DNA from: Adineta vaga
Lineage: Eukaryota > Animalia > Rotifera
Reading direction: 5' to 3'
NCBI GenBank assembly: GCA_021613535.1
Contig: CP075494.1
Span: 5,022,001 to 5,086,000, forward strand
DNA length: 64,000 nt
Made by a program: the position numbers and the translations under genes. Positions 1 through 11,573 of the stretch are shown in pieces. The notes beneath the pieces were generated by a model that was not told where the DNA came from, ran no database searches, and was given only the letters and a program-made list of their open reading frames with translations. Numbering within the stretch: the stretch's first letter is position 1; each line of letters begins with the position of its first letter.

Positions 1-1221
1 AACATCATATGTAAAGGAATTTGTAATTTTTCTGCACAATGTACATGACCAAACGATGGCGGATTCGCAATAATAGCTTCAGCTGTGAATGGTAATGATG
101 TTTCATCATCATTCGCTGTACAGGCAAGCCAAGTAGATTCAAGAATTTCAGAAAGAATATGTCGATGTTTTTTTACATCGCCTGCAACAATACTACTCAT
201 TGATGGAATAATACCTGCATTCTTTACCATAAATGACATTAAATCAGCTGGATTTCCAGCTAACGGAAAAAATTCCAGACCATTTTCACGAACGAAAGTT
301 CGAAATACTTCATGAGTAGCTAATCGAACTCGATGACCAGCAGCTAGAAGTGTTTGGCCGAGTCTATTAGAGAACATTGATTTTAGAAAAGAATCTCAAC
401 GATGAAAACAAAGTATATGAAAAAAGAACTTACGCAATAAATGGTTGAACATCACCTCTGGTACCAACAATAAGTATAACAATTGTAAGACGAGGTATTA
501 ATGATGTATTTTCAAAAGTTTCTTTCTCTTCATCTACATGAATTTGATTAATAGAAGGTATTGATGGTAATGATGATTCAAAATCTTCTTCTGAATTTGC
601 AAATACAACACTAATTCGTCGATCACCATCGTCAATTCGAACTGTATAATCAATAGCATCATTCTTTTTTTTCAAACTAGATTCATTAATTTTCAGTTGT
701 TTCGACGTCCAGATCATTGTACCATGTACAATAAGACGAACATGAAGAGAAAGATTTGTATCAGTACAACGTATAATTAAGATATTATTAGATTTCTTAT
801 TCTTCTCGATTGATTGACAGAAATTTAATAATTGTTGAGTCAATTCAATTGGTTCATCTTGTGATAACAACAAATTCGATATAAGTTTTTCTCCATTAAG
901 CCAAATACTAGCCATGATATTCGATGCATTCGAAGTATATTCATCATCATCAGATGAATCAAATAAAAGATAAACTTGTTGCTCGTCAGACATTATCCAA
1001 TCAAATTCTTTTTGATACCAATAATCGTATACAAGAGAAGCGTGATGATTATCTTCCTTATTAGTTGTAATACTATGTGGTAATGATACAGATAACCATT
1101 GATAAACAACATCAGAATCATTTGAAAATAATCTATCAGCATGATCAGTTTTTGGTTGAGAACAATATTTCCAATTATAATTAAAATCAACGTATGTCAC
1201 ATCATTTTTGTCGGTATGCAT
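1..1221 (-). CDS. Sterol 3-beta-glucosyltransferase-like (GT1, UGT80/ATG26 type) with an N-terminal galactose-binding-like domain; runs off the window start
   Basis: Exon 1221..434, GT-AG intron 433..364, exon 363..<1. Spliced sequence gives [30 protein letters not shown]...IIANPPSFGHVHCAEKLQIPLHMM, the Glyco_transf_28 N-domain motif of sterol glucosyltransferases. Confidence 0.88.
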
Positions 1222-2116
1222 TATCTATTAAATAACTAGGAAATTATATAACAGAAAAATGTATTTTTCAATCGTTATTATCTTTTATTTTCTCGATCGT
1301 ACTCGACATAATGAAACAATAACTTTATCATCATCTTATTCTTGTCTTTCTATATACATGGTACAAACATAAAAGATTTATATCTCATCTCATAAGTATA
1401 TTTTCGTAAAGAATATTTGTTGAAAGTATATACATCAATACATTACCGTTAGAATGAGTCTCTTTGAAAATGTAAGAGTTGTCATGCGTATCTACGTCGT
1501 CATTGCTCGTTCTTTCGTTCTCTCTTTTGGTTTTACGTTATCGATTATAATACACAATATCTTCTTCATTCTTTCTTTTTCATTTCGTTTTGTACGACTT
1601 AATGTGTATGTCAAAGAGTATATGAAAACACGATTAAACAATATATTGCGTCATTGATAATTTTCAATTACTTTTTATATCCAAGTCAGTTACGAATATA
1701 CGACAACAGAGGTAAGATATATTACTCAACAATTACAATGATCTGGTTCATCACCTTATTTTGATGTCTATTTCTTTGAAGCTATATCTATAGTTCATAC
1801 TATTGTACCATTTGAAAACATATCAACGGTTTTGTCGATCGACAATTCCATGAGTTACTATTATATTTACAACATTACCAGGTCAAATCTATCTGAATCT
1901 TGTTTTCATCAGTTCTACTTCATATGTTACTTCTGTTATATCGAATGTACTACATATCTATCAAGTTTAACCTTTTTCTAACGAAACTAAAACAAATAAG
2001 TTGAAATGTCGATTTGTATTGTGCCTTTTCAAGTCTCTTTTCATATATGTCAAACTTTCTTTCATTCATCACTATTTACACAAATTGTTAATAAAATATT
2101 CTATTCAATATAGAAA

Positions 2117-2950
2117 ATGAATGTTCATCAAACAAACGTTGGACAACTAATTCTCACTGCTTTGATAACATACATAGTCACAAATGCAGATGATTTAGTT
2201 ATTTTAATGAATTTTTTTACTCAAATATCATCGGGTAATTCTTCGATGAAAGTTCGTCATGTTTTTATCGGTCAATATTTCGGATTTTTGATTTTATTAA
2301 TAATTAGTCTTATCGGTTATCTAATTTCATTTGTATTACCGATTGAAATGCTTGGATTTCTTGGTTTCCTTCCAATATTTATTGGACTGAAGAATTTCAT
2401 TGAACTAGTGATTGAAATTTATAAGAAAAGAAAACATGGAACTATAACTGATATTATACCAATTGATTCCATATCTACAGTTCAATTAGAAATGATTCGT
2501 TATCGAAATGATATTGATGACAAAATTCGATATGAAATTAAAAGAGGAAACAATGAAGAAGAAGAACAACAACAACAACAAGAGCAAATGAAAACAAATC
2601 CTATTCTTTCCATTCTTAATCATATATTTTCTTTACAAACTTTGAAAGTAACGAGTATAACTGTAGCTAATGGCGGTGATAATATTTCTATATATACGCC
2701 ATTATTTGCTCAAGCAAAACAATGGCACATTGTTATTTATATCATTATATTTCTTCTGATGCTTTTCATCTGGCTTATTATATCGTATTATTTCATTAAT
2801 TTATCACCGGTATTGAATCTTGCACAAAAATGTGCACGTTATTTTGTTCCAATTGTTTTTATTGGTATAGGAATTTATATTGTAATTACATCGGAATGTT
2901 TTCTTTGGTTAATACGAGCAATTAAAACAAAAAATTTTCAAAACGGTTAA
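2117..2950 (+). CDS. cadD: CadD-family cadmium resistance transporter, intronless
   Basis: Motifs TNADDLVILMNFF, IGQYFGF, LLGFLPIFIG-like and TVANGGDNISIYTPLF match CadD; several TM helices; AATAAA at ~2999. Confidence 0.88.
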   Translation: MNVHQTNVGQLILTALITYIVTNADDLVILMNFFTQISSGNSSMKVRHVFIGQYFGFLILLIISLIGYLISFVLPIEMLGFLGFLPIFIGLKNFIELVIEIYKKRKHGTITDIIPIDSISTVQLEMIRYRNDIDDKIRYEIKRGNNEEEEQQQQQEQMKTNPILSILNHIFSLQTLKVTSITVANGGDNISIYTPLFAQAKQWHIVIYIIIFLLMLFIWLIISYYFINLSPVLNLAQKCARYFVPIVFIGIGIYIVITSECFLWLIRAIKTKNFQNG

Positions 2951-3145
2951 AGATATTATTTGAACTTTGATCAAAGTGATCGAATGTGTGTTTTCTCGAA
3001 TAAAATCTAACGAATATATCATGTCGATAAGTATATATTGTTGAAATATTATTAAATCTGTTCCACCCTCGAGATTTCTCAATTTCATTTTTTTCTATTA
3101 TAGGAGTTCAGAAAGAATATTTTTATGCAATAGAAGAGAATGTTT

Positions 3146-5533
3146 TTATTTCAGTTCAGCTACAATTCCAATACTAATTGTATTTTTTGCTTTTAATTTA
3201 ATATTAACAGCTGCTCCAGGATAAAGACTTTTTAATATTACATAGAGATATAATGGCCATCGAATCCATCTTAACCATCCTCTTGTTGCTACTTTAATTG
3301 TTACATTCGGAGTAAAAACTGTTACATTTAATTTATTATTTGGTATAGGCACATGATATTGATTTCGAGCAAGTAATAAAATGTCAGATGGTTTGATTCG
3401 ATTTTCTGAATAACCATATAATGCAGTTATATGAAAGATATTATCTCCATATTGTTTCACTGTTAATCGTTCTTCATTATCAACTGTCGATGCTTTTGTA
3501 TGTTTAATACGAAGAAAAACAATCACATGTGGAAATGAACATGTACGTGCTAAGAAATTTTCAAAAACATGAGGAGTATGTTTTGACGAATTGGTTAGGA
3601 AACAACCAACAGTTGGTGTAACAACAGCGGAAATTATATTATCAGTATTTTCATTTGTTTCATTTGCATAAGGCGATACATCTGGTAATGGAAGGATTGA
3701 AACATTTTGCAATAAATTTACACGACTTTGAACATGAGTTAAAGGTTTTTTCCTTTGAAAAATAAATTCCTCGTCAGAATCAGAATTGGAATCATCTTCA
3801 AAACTAATTCGATTGGCTGTTGATATAACAGGAAGATCAGCAAGAGAATATCGAGAATTTTGTCTTGTATTCGCCGTTGATATACCAAGTCTTATAGCTA
3901 ATGTTTGAAGATTTGTTGTTTGAGCATTAATTTTTAGGAATCGCTTCAAATTGCTTTGACCGAAAAACCAACAAAAACCAAAAATAAAGAAAACCAACGA
4001 TATGACAATTGCAACCCAACCACCTGTAGGAATTTTCGTTGCATTCGATGCCCATGTATACATATCAATAATTAGAAATAAACTAAATGGTAAAATAAAA
4101 TACCATGGTTTATGCCATGTATAATACATCACACAGAGATATAGAATTGTCGTTATTAACATAACACTACAGACAGTCACACCATAAGCATTGGTTATTT
4201 TTGAACTTTTCTGAAAACCCACAACAATAATGATAGTAAAAATCATTAAAATATAATTAATTGTTGGAATATAGATTTGTCCAATAATTTTCTTTGATGT
4301 ATGATAAATTTTAAATGGTACACAACATTCCATACCAATTGCTTGACTGATCAATGAAAAACTACCTGTTATAATTGCTTGTGATGCTATTATTGTTGCT
4401 AATGTTGCTAAGACAATCATAGGCCAACGAGACCAATTTGGTATTGAATGATAAAATGGATTATCAATTAAACTTGGATCAGATATTAATAATGCACCTT
4501 GTCCTAAATAATTAATTAAAACAGCTGGAAATACAACTAGAAACCAAGCTAAACGAACAGGCCATCGTCCAAAATGACCTAAATCAGCATATAATGCTTC
4601 GAGTCCAGTTGCTGATAAAAATACTCCACCAATTTGATAAAATCCTCGTGTTTTTTCTTCTAATAAATAATGAAATGCTTCCCATGGATTAAATGCTTTT
4701 AATATCACAGGTTTCATTGTAATTCTCCAAATACCAGTCATAAATAAAGTTAAAAACCATACTAACATAATTGGACCAAATGCAATACCAATTCGGGATG
4801 TTCCCCATCGTTGTGCAAGGAATAGTAAAACAATAATAATTATACCAATCGGTAAAGTCCAAGAATCTAAGCTAGGTACCTGAACAACTAAACCTTCAAC
4901 TGCCGATAAAATGGATACAGCTGGTGTTAACGCTCCATCACCAAGTAACATAGATGCAGCTATGAGTGAAACAATCAGTATTACATATTTCGTTTTCTTA
5001 CTCAATTTAATCTTTTCACTTGTTAATAAACCACATAAAGCAAATGTTCCACCTTCACCATGATTATCAGCCATTAAAATAAATATTGCATATTTTATTG
5101 AAACAACAACAATTAAATTCCAAACGATTAAACTTATTGCACCAATACACTGTGCTTCAGTTGGTTGATAATCAAATATTGTATTAACAACATATAATGG
5201 TGATGTACCTATATCACCAAATATAATTCCTAATGAACGAATAGTTAAACTAAAAAATAATGGGAAATTTTGACATGGCGTTATATCAGTTACTGAAGCA
5301 TGTTCATTTTTAGCTGATTTTGGAATGGACAATGATACATTTTCAGGTGTTATTTTAGTTATTATCGATACGATTGTTCGATTAGGATCAATCGATGAAG
5401 TACGTTTTGCTTGATGATTACGATCATTTTCAGTTTCGTCGTTTTCATTATCATTAACTAAAAAAGAAAAAGAGAAGAAAAGTTCAATCTCATATCTTAT
5501 ATTTATAACAAATACTTTCTTACCAATCTCCAT
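3146..5533 (-). CDS. kup: KUP/HAK/KT potassium transporter
   Basis: Motifs LGIIFGDIGTSPLY, ADNHGEGGTFAL, GDGALTPAVSILSAVEG, EALYADLGHFG and GQIYIP. Probable 66-nt in-frame GT-AG intron at 5523..5458 after MEI. Confidence 0.95.
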   Translation of the reverse strand: MEIGKKVFVINIRYEIELFFSFSFLVNDNENDETENDRNHQAKRTSSIDPNRTIVSIITKITPENVSLSIPKSAKNEHASVTDITPCQNFPLFFSLTIRSLGIIFGDIGTSPLYVVNTIFDYQPTEAQCIGAISLIVWNLIVVVSIKYAIFILMADNHGEGGTFALCGLLTSEKIKLSKKTKYVILIVSLIAASMLLGDGALTPAVSILSAVEGLVVQVPSLDSWTLPIGIIIIVLLFLAQRWGTSRIGIAFGPIMLVWFLTLFMTGIWRITMKPVILKAFNPWEAFHYLLEEKTRGFYQIGGVFLSATGLEALYADLGHFGRWPVRLAWFLVVFPAVLINYLGQGALLISDPSLIDNPFYHSIPNWSRWPMIVLATLATIIASQAIITGSFSLISQAIGMECCVPFKIYHTSKKIIGQIYIPTINYILMIFTIIIVVGFQKSSKITNAYGVTVCSVMLITTILYLCVMYYTWHKPWYFILPFSLFLIIDMYTWASNATKIPTGGWVAIVISLVFFIFGFCWFFGQSNLKRFLKINAQTTNLQTLAIRLGISTANTRQNSRYSLADLPVISTANRISFEDDSNSDSDEEFIFQRKKPLTHVQSRVNLLQNVSILPLPDVSPYANETNENTDNIISAVVTPTVGCFLTNSSKHTPHVFENFLARTCSFPHVIVFLRIKHTKASTVDNEERLTVKQYGDNIFHITALYGYSENRIKPSDILLLARNQYHVPIPNNKLNVTVFTPNVTIKVATRGWLRWIRWPLYLYVILKSLYPGAAVNIKLKAKNTISIGIVAELK

Positions 5534-5892
5534 AACACTTTATTAAAAAAATAATATCAAATCATTACTGATTATTAAACATATATAGTCATGTTTCACA
5601 TCAATGCATCGTACTTTCTCTCATTCTCCGTGAACCTTTGTTTATAGGCGTTAACTTTCAAATACATATAGATACTATTATTCACAAGGTAAGTATTTAT
5701 CTCTTCTACGCCAAAAAAGAGACAACATTAATGCTTAGTTATTCATCATTTATCGTTTTTGAATATAAAACAAATATAAAAGAACAGTCGATGAGAAATA
5801 AAAACATACATTCAGTAAACTAAAAAGAAAGAAAAAAAACGAATGTTTTTGTTCTTCAATTCATTTTCAAACGAAATAAAATCTTAATCCAC

Positions 5893-6069
5893 ATGGGTTG
5901 TATATTTGGATGTTATAAATGTAATTTGTGTTGTTGTCGATCAGAACGTCGTATTGAACCTCATATAAGTTTCTGTTTGATTTGTCGTTGTTCACAATAT
6001 ATAAAACACAAACGTGGTTCAAATCAGTGTGATTGTGGACATAGTCCCGGTGAACATAAACGAATTTAA
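5893..6069 (+). CDS. Small Cys/His-rich protein (58 aa), putative zinc/metal binder; absent from the ORF track
   Basis: ATG 5893 to TAA 6069: MGCIFGCYKCNLCCCRSERRIEPHISFCLICRCSQYIKHKRGSNQCDCGHSPGEHKRI; CxxCxC...CxCGHxxxxH pattern. Confidence 0.6.
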   Translation: MGCIFGCYKCNLCCCRSERRIEPHISFCLICRCSQYIKHKRGSNQCDCGHSPGEHKRI

Positions 6070-6395
6070 ATGATTTTTAATTGATTTTTACACTCTGTAT
6101 TTATTTGTTGAATGAAATTTTCAATTTGTTTGATATTTATTTGAAGATTTTCGATCATAGATGGAAAATTTTTTTGTTTATTGAAAAGAAAACATTGATT
6201 TGTTTTGATTAAGATTTGTTTTAATAAAATATTTTCATAACGATATTGTTCAAGTTGTTTTTCATGATCGTTTTTTAAATATTTTATTTCATTTACAAGA
6301 TTATAAACTTCACTTTTCCAATAAGTTACAATTGATAGAAGATGTTGTTCATTCATTTGAAGAATTTCTCTTTTGGCGCGTGATTTACAAATCAT
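6066..6395 (-). CDS. Hypothetical helical/coiled-coil protein, possibly a terminal exon
   Basis: 109-aa ORF with E/Q/K/L-rich heptad-like composition; frame stays open to ~6437 beside a possible AG acceptor; no family recognised. Confidence 0.35.
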   Translation of the reverse strand: MICKSRAKREILQMNEQHLLSIVTYWKSEVYNLVNEIKYLKNDHEKQLEQYRYENILLKQILIKTNQCFLFNKQKNFPSMIENLQINIKQIENFIQQINTECKNQLKII

Positions 6396-6649
6396 AATAT
6401 CAAATTTGAATTCAACTGTATCACCAAAGAAATAACTCTTATGGAAAATAAGAAAAGATCAGTGTAATGAATATCAGCAGATGTCGTGTTGTAACAATGC
6501 ACACAAATTTCAACGTATTGATTAATCCTTCGGAATAACGAATAGGAAATGATTTAATTTAAAGGAAACAAAGTCGTTTCGTTTCATAATTCAGATAGAA
6601 ATTTTTACAAATAAATCGACGATTGATAAAGAACAATTTTTTGTGTTTT

Positions 6650-7589
6650 ATGAAGTTACAATATAAGATTCTGTCGAGTCTATTGACTCGAAATCATGTT
6701 TTTACAAATAGCAAACAATCTTCTCATCTTTTCTCAAGTTCTGTACTATCACAAACATCTTCTTCGAACGATAAATCTATTTTGGTAAGCGTATATGCAA
6801 TGTACATTGAAGTTATAGATTTTATCTTATGGACTCGTGTTCTAGGACAAAGTTGCCAATGAACTTCGTCATGCTAAACGTGTTTTGGCTATTACTGGTG
6901 CAGGTATATCTGCTGATTCAGGTTTACCGACCTATCGTGGTATTGGTGGATTGTATAGTGATGGGAAAGAAACTGAAGATGGAATGGCAATTGAAGAAGC
7001 TCTCTCAGGTCATACGATGCGTACTAGACCAGATATCTGTTGGAAATACATTCATCAAATTGAATTAGCTTGTCGTGCTGCTAAACACAATTCTGCACAT
7101 GAAACACTTGTTGCTTTCGAATCAAAATTTAAACATTTTACTGTACTTACACAAAACGTTGATGGTTTACATCGAACTGCTGGTACAAAAAATCTCATTG
7201 AAATTCATGGCAACATTCAAGATTTATTTTGTACTTCATGTGGTCACGAAACTTATGTTAAAAATTTCGAAGATATGAAAATTCCACCGAATTGTGAACG
7301 TTGTGGATCTCTCGAACGACCACGTGTCGTTCTATTCGGAGAAATGTTACCGGCGCGAGCAGTTTCACAACTTTATGAAGTTATGGATAAAGGTTTAGAT
7401 GCTGTTATTAGTATAGGTACAACTAGTGTATTTCCATATATTGCTGAACCAGTATTACGTGCAGCTCGAAACAATGCGATTACAATTGAAATTAATCCCG
7501 GTGATACTGAAGTATCAGATATTGTACGTTATCGTTTACGTGATCGAGCTGTAACAATTTTACCTGAATTACTAACACGTCTTTCATAA
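6650..7589 (+). CDS. cobB: NAD-dependent deacylase (sirtuin, bacterial CobB-like) with an N-terminal presequence exon
   Basis: Exon 6650..6784, intron 6785..6845 (GTAAGC...TAG), exon 6846..7589 in frame. Motifs GAGISADSGLPTYRG, TQNVDGLH, EIHG, two CxxC pairs, RPRVVLFGE. Confidence 0.92.
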
Positions 7590-7995
7590 TTTGTTCTCAC
7601 TTACTCGAATGCAATGACATTTCAACGAATGATGATGAAAAGATTTTATTTTTTAAATAAAATAGTGCTTAGCACAAAAAACTAAACTATTCAGAGTCAT
7701 AACTCAATGATCAATCGACAATATATTTGAAACGATTATTTTATCCTTTACCTTTTCATCTAATGGTTTCTCTATCAGGTCTTGAGATATCTTACACGTG
7801 CGATGTATTTTCTTTTCTGTTATTCATTGCCTAAGCACACATTATATTATCACTTAAATAACTTAATATATATAAAATATTATGCTTCTTTTTTTGTATT
7901 CTACTAGCAAGATGTAAGGGATATTTATTTTCAGCATGACATGAACGAAAATTACTATTTTTTTATCTATGTAGTATTATTTCATCAGCTTTTAG

Positions 7996-8553
7996 ATGAA
8001 CTCATCTTTCGATCTTCCACATTCAAAATTTCCATTATTATCACTATCACCTTTAATCATAGAGGATGCTCCTGAAATGTTAATACATCTTAATGATGAA
8101 CAGACAATAAAATATCTTATTGGTCCACCATTTCCTATCGAAATTGAACAAGTCAAAGGTTATATTTCTTCTCGACCTTTCGTCAATGGACAGTCTCTAA
8201 CATATGCTATTCGTGATCATAATATAATGATTGGTGAATTGAGCTTAGTACCTCAGGCGACTGTTAATACATATGAACTTGGATATTATCTTGCTCGTCC
8301 TTATTGGAAGAATGGTATTGCAACTGCAGCAGTAAAAATCTTTTTGAATGAAATGATAAAACAAATGAAAACCAAAGAGGAAATTCATATCGAAGCAGGA
8401 TATCTTGCGGATAATGTTGGCAGTAGAAAAGTTCTAGAGAAATGTGGTTTTATAAAGATAGGTTACGAAGAGAAAATGAAGAATGGACAAACTTTTCAAG
8501 GTGTTAAAATGATACGAATTATTGCGAGTAACAAAAAACTTTCCAAAAGTTGA
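7996..8553 (+). CDS. GNAT N-acetyltransferase, RimJ/RimL type
   Basis: Motifs ELGYYLARPYWKNGIATAAV and NVGSRKVLEKCGF; intronless. Confidence 0.88.
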   Translation: MNSSFDLPHSKFPLLSLSPLIIEDAPEMLIHLNDEQTIKYLIGPPFPIEIEQVKGYISSRPFVNGQSLTYAIRDHNIMIGELSLVPQATVNTYELGYYLARPYWKNGIATAAVKIFLNEMIKQMKTKEEIHIEAGYLADNVGSRKVLEKCGFIKIGYEEKMKNGQTFQGVKMIRIIASNKKLSKS

Positions 8554-8610
8554 TATCTATTGAAAATTGATTTGTAAAGATGTACTTTACTTTTATTTTA
8601 TACACAACTG

Positions 8611-8643
8611 CAATAACAATAACAACAACAACAACAACAACAA
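8611..8643. repeat. (CAA/TAA)n microsatellite between convergent gene ends
   Basis: caataacaataacaacaacaacaacaacaacaa read directly. Confidence 0.9.
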
Positions 8644-8661
8644 GATTATTTATGATTTTAT

Positions 8662-9918
8662 TTAACAAATTTGTTCAATATCATCAAATAAAAGTGCTAA
8701 TTCGATTTGTTCGACAAGAGAATCAATATCATTCACATGTGTCCTTAAACTTTGTGCATGGGCTGTTAACATTTTCAACGCTAGAAGGCAAACTGTTAAA
8801 TTAAGAAATCGTTTTACAGCTCCATAATAATTATATTTAGCGATAAGATAATTCCATATCACTTCAACGTATCGATTTTGAGTATGAAAGACCATTAAAG
8901 AATCAATTAAATTCATTGAAATATTTTGTGAACATAAACATACATTTTCTGAAACAGCAAATAATGCCATACTCATTTTAACAATAACAATATCTCGATC
9001 AATATATTTCATTGCCCAACAATGAATATCAATGGTATATTTTCCATATTTTGTTTTCATAATTTGTAAAAAATCATTAAGATTATATAAACGACAGTAT
9101 TTCATACTAAATACACTAGTCATACAAGCTACATTATCAGCAGCAGTACGTAATACAATTGAACGATCATTAAATGGTAATTTACAAAGCTCATTATTAA
9201 CACGTAAATATCGTGCTGTTGTGTCATAAATTAATGTTAAGAATTTCTTCGCAAGTGTTTGAAATGTGACATGTGTATGATGGATGTTATGTAAATGTCG
9301 ACCCATTGCAAAAAGTTGAGATTCATTATAAGAATGATATAAATTAGACAGAAGCTCCCATTGATTATCTGTTAATATTGTTTGTAAACCATTCAATGAT
9401 AATGACTTGAAATGAACATATTTAGATAATCTTGAATAGAATCAATTTTCAATAATCTTACCTGTTTTGATTGATATGGGTTAGGTAATTTAATTGAAGT
9501 AGTTTTTCTTGATGGACGAAATCGATCAGTTTTCATTCCACAATGAAAACATTTCGCAAGTCGACATGATGAACAGATATGTCGAGTAATATTGTTTATT
9601 TCACAATGACCATCGAAATTACATGGTAAGTATTTCTAAATCATAATTTAATGAATATAACAAGAAGTAAAGAATTCAACTAACTTTTTTTGAATTGGCA
9701 TTTCGTCGAAAGAACATTTTACACGAATGACATGATACAACACCAAAAAAAGCATATTGTGCAGGAGCATTACATACTTTACATTGACGTGTAAGTAGTT
9801 TAGTTTGTTTTTCCTTCATCATTTGTGATAATTGTATAATTTAACCGAATTATTAAAACTTTACCGAATATGTTAAAATATTTGTATTATTGTTTCTTTC
9901 TTTCTGAACCAACTTCAT
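8662..9918 (-). CDS. Nuclear hormone receptor (C4 zinc-finger DBD plus divergent LBD)
   Basis: CKVCNAPAQYAFFGVVSCHSCKMFFRR, intron 9684..9636, CKFDGHCEINNITRHICSSCRLAKCFHCGM, intron 9461..9406, LBD exon 9405..8662. Start is either ATG 9822 or ATG 9918 with an extra intron 9864..9814. Confidence 0.88.
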
Positions 9919-11126
9919 TAATATTAGCCAGTACTCTACTTCTATCTGCGTCAGATAACGAGAGAAAAAGAAAGAATAACTTATCAAATACATGAGGATA
10001 GTCATCATGAATGCACTCTCGCTTTATTTACATTACAGAAAGAAAGAAAGAAAGTGAGTTTCAACTCACGTCGATTATCTCATCATTGTTTCTCGTTATA
10101 ATTAAATATCGCCTTCTTTTCTCTCGTCGTTTGCTCAGGTTACATCTTGGAAGGTAAAATGAGATAATGCTTGATAATTAGAACAGAAATATTTTCATCG
10201 AAAATAATTCAAATCGCGATATCATCGGCACACATTTCGACAGAAATGAACGTGCTTCTAGCGTCAAGCTCTCTCTTTAGTGAGCCTCGTAATCGAATAG
10301 GAAATCTGCAAATATCCGTTCAAAGACCCATGAAATGAATCAATATATATTAAGGAAATATGTAGACAAGTGTACTTCGATGCACAATTATCATCATCGA
10401 ATAATGTATTTCAATACTTTCTAATTGAAAAAGAAATGGACAGAACGAACCATTTCTTGTGATTATTATTTAGTATTAATAGAAGGATTATGTTTTTCAG
10501 CTTGTCATTATTAAATTCTTTACAAATAATTCTATAACAAAGAAAACGACTCTGCCAATGCTATCATAACGGTTCATGAGACGGCAAAATGTGCCTTTGA
10601 CCGATTTACCGTTTTTTATTCGGCAATAATTTTTATTTTTTAACACGAAGCAGACAGCAATTAGTTAGTTATTTTTCTTGATTACTATATGTATTATCGT
10701 ACGACGTGCTTTCTTAAAAGCTTCTTTTTTATAGTTTATTACGAACAAAATTCATTAGACAAGCAACACATTTTCTTAATTTCGAGATAGCTATATGATG
10801 AATTACATTTTTATGTACGTGGCAGATTAATTATAATATCTTATAGTGAATCCAGATTACTTTCTTCTTCGTATTCTCTTGTTAAAACCATTTTGTAAAA
10901 TTAATAGAATTTTTAGTTCACACTTGGTAAATTATGTCTATCAATTATGACAAGCATGCTAATTTCATTATAACTATTATACCTGTTTATTTAATCATTT
11001 TGAGTTCTGATTCAACAATTGTTTATATAAACTGATCTAAATATAGGTTAGGAGAATACTTCTGAGCAACTGAGCGAGGATGATCTTGAGGGTGGTAGTG
11101 GGTGTCACCTATTCAATTTAACCTAT

Positions 11127-11190
11127 ACACCCACACCCACACCTACACCCACACCCACACCCACACCCACACCCAAACCCACACCCACCC
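11127..11190. repeat. (CCCACA)n hexamer tract, reverse complement of the Adineta telomeric repeat TGTGGG (interstitial telomere-like sequence)
   Basis: Ten consecutive hexamers from 11130 to 11189: seven perfect CCCACA and three single-mismatch variants. Confidence 0.85.
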
Positions 11191-11573
11191 TCACTCCACA
11201 AGCACTTTCAAGTTTCAATCAGTGACCTTCAAAATACTTTTGATGCAAACTAAAAAAAACGTTCTGATCTTGATATTGGTTACAAATACGCATCTCCAAC
11301 ACAAATTCTTTCTTTTTTATGAAGAACAGATACAACCGTAACATCAACAAATGAAACATGTGTATCTTTAAACTATTACGAACATTTGTCTAACCTCTAG
11401 TCAAAGATATAAAAAAGAATAATGAATTTTACTTTATCTACACACTGTCATCAAATAACCTGTTATCATATAACAAGGCACATCTTGGTGAAGGTTAAGT
11501 GTATGAAGCACAGTATCTATATATACAACAGAATATATCATTTTCTTGTATATATTAAGAAAAAAAAAGCAAG

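Noticed and set aside
11102-11341. 79-aa ORF with a Thr-His repeat
   Set aside because: It is only the translation of the CCCACA tract, with a GTG start and no other coding signal.
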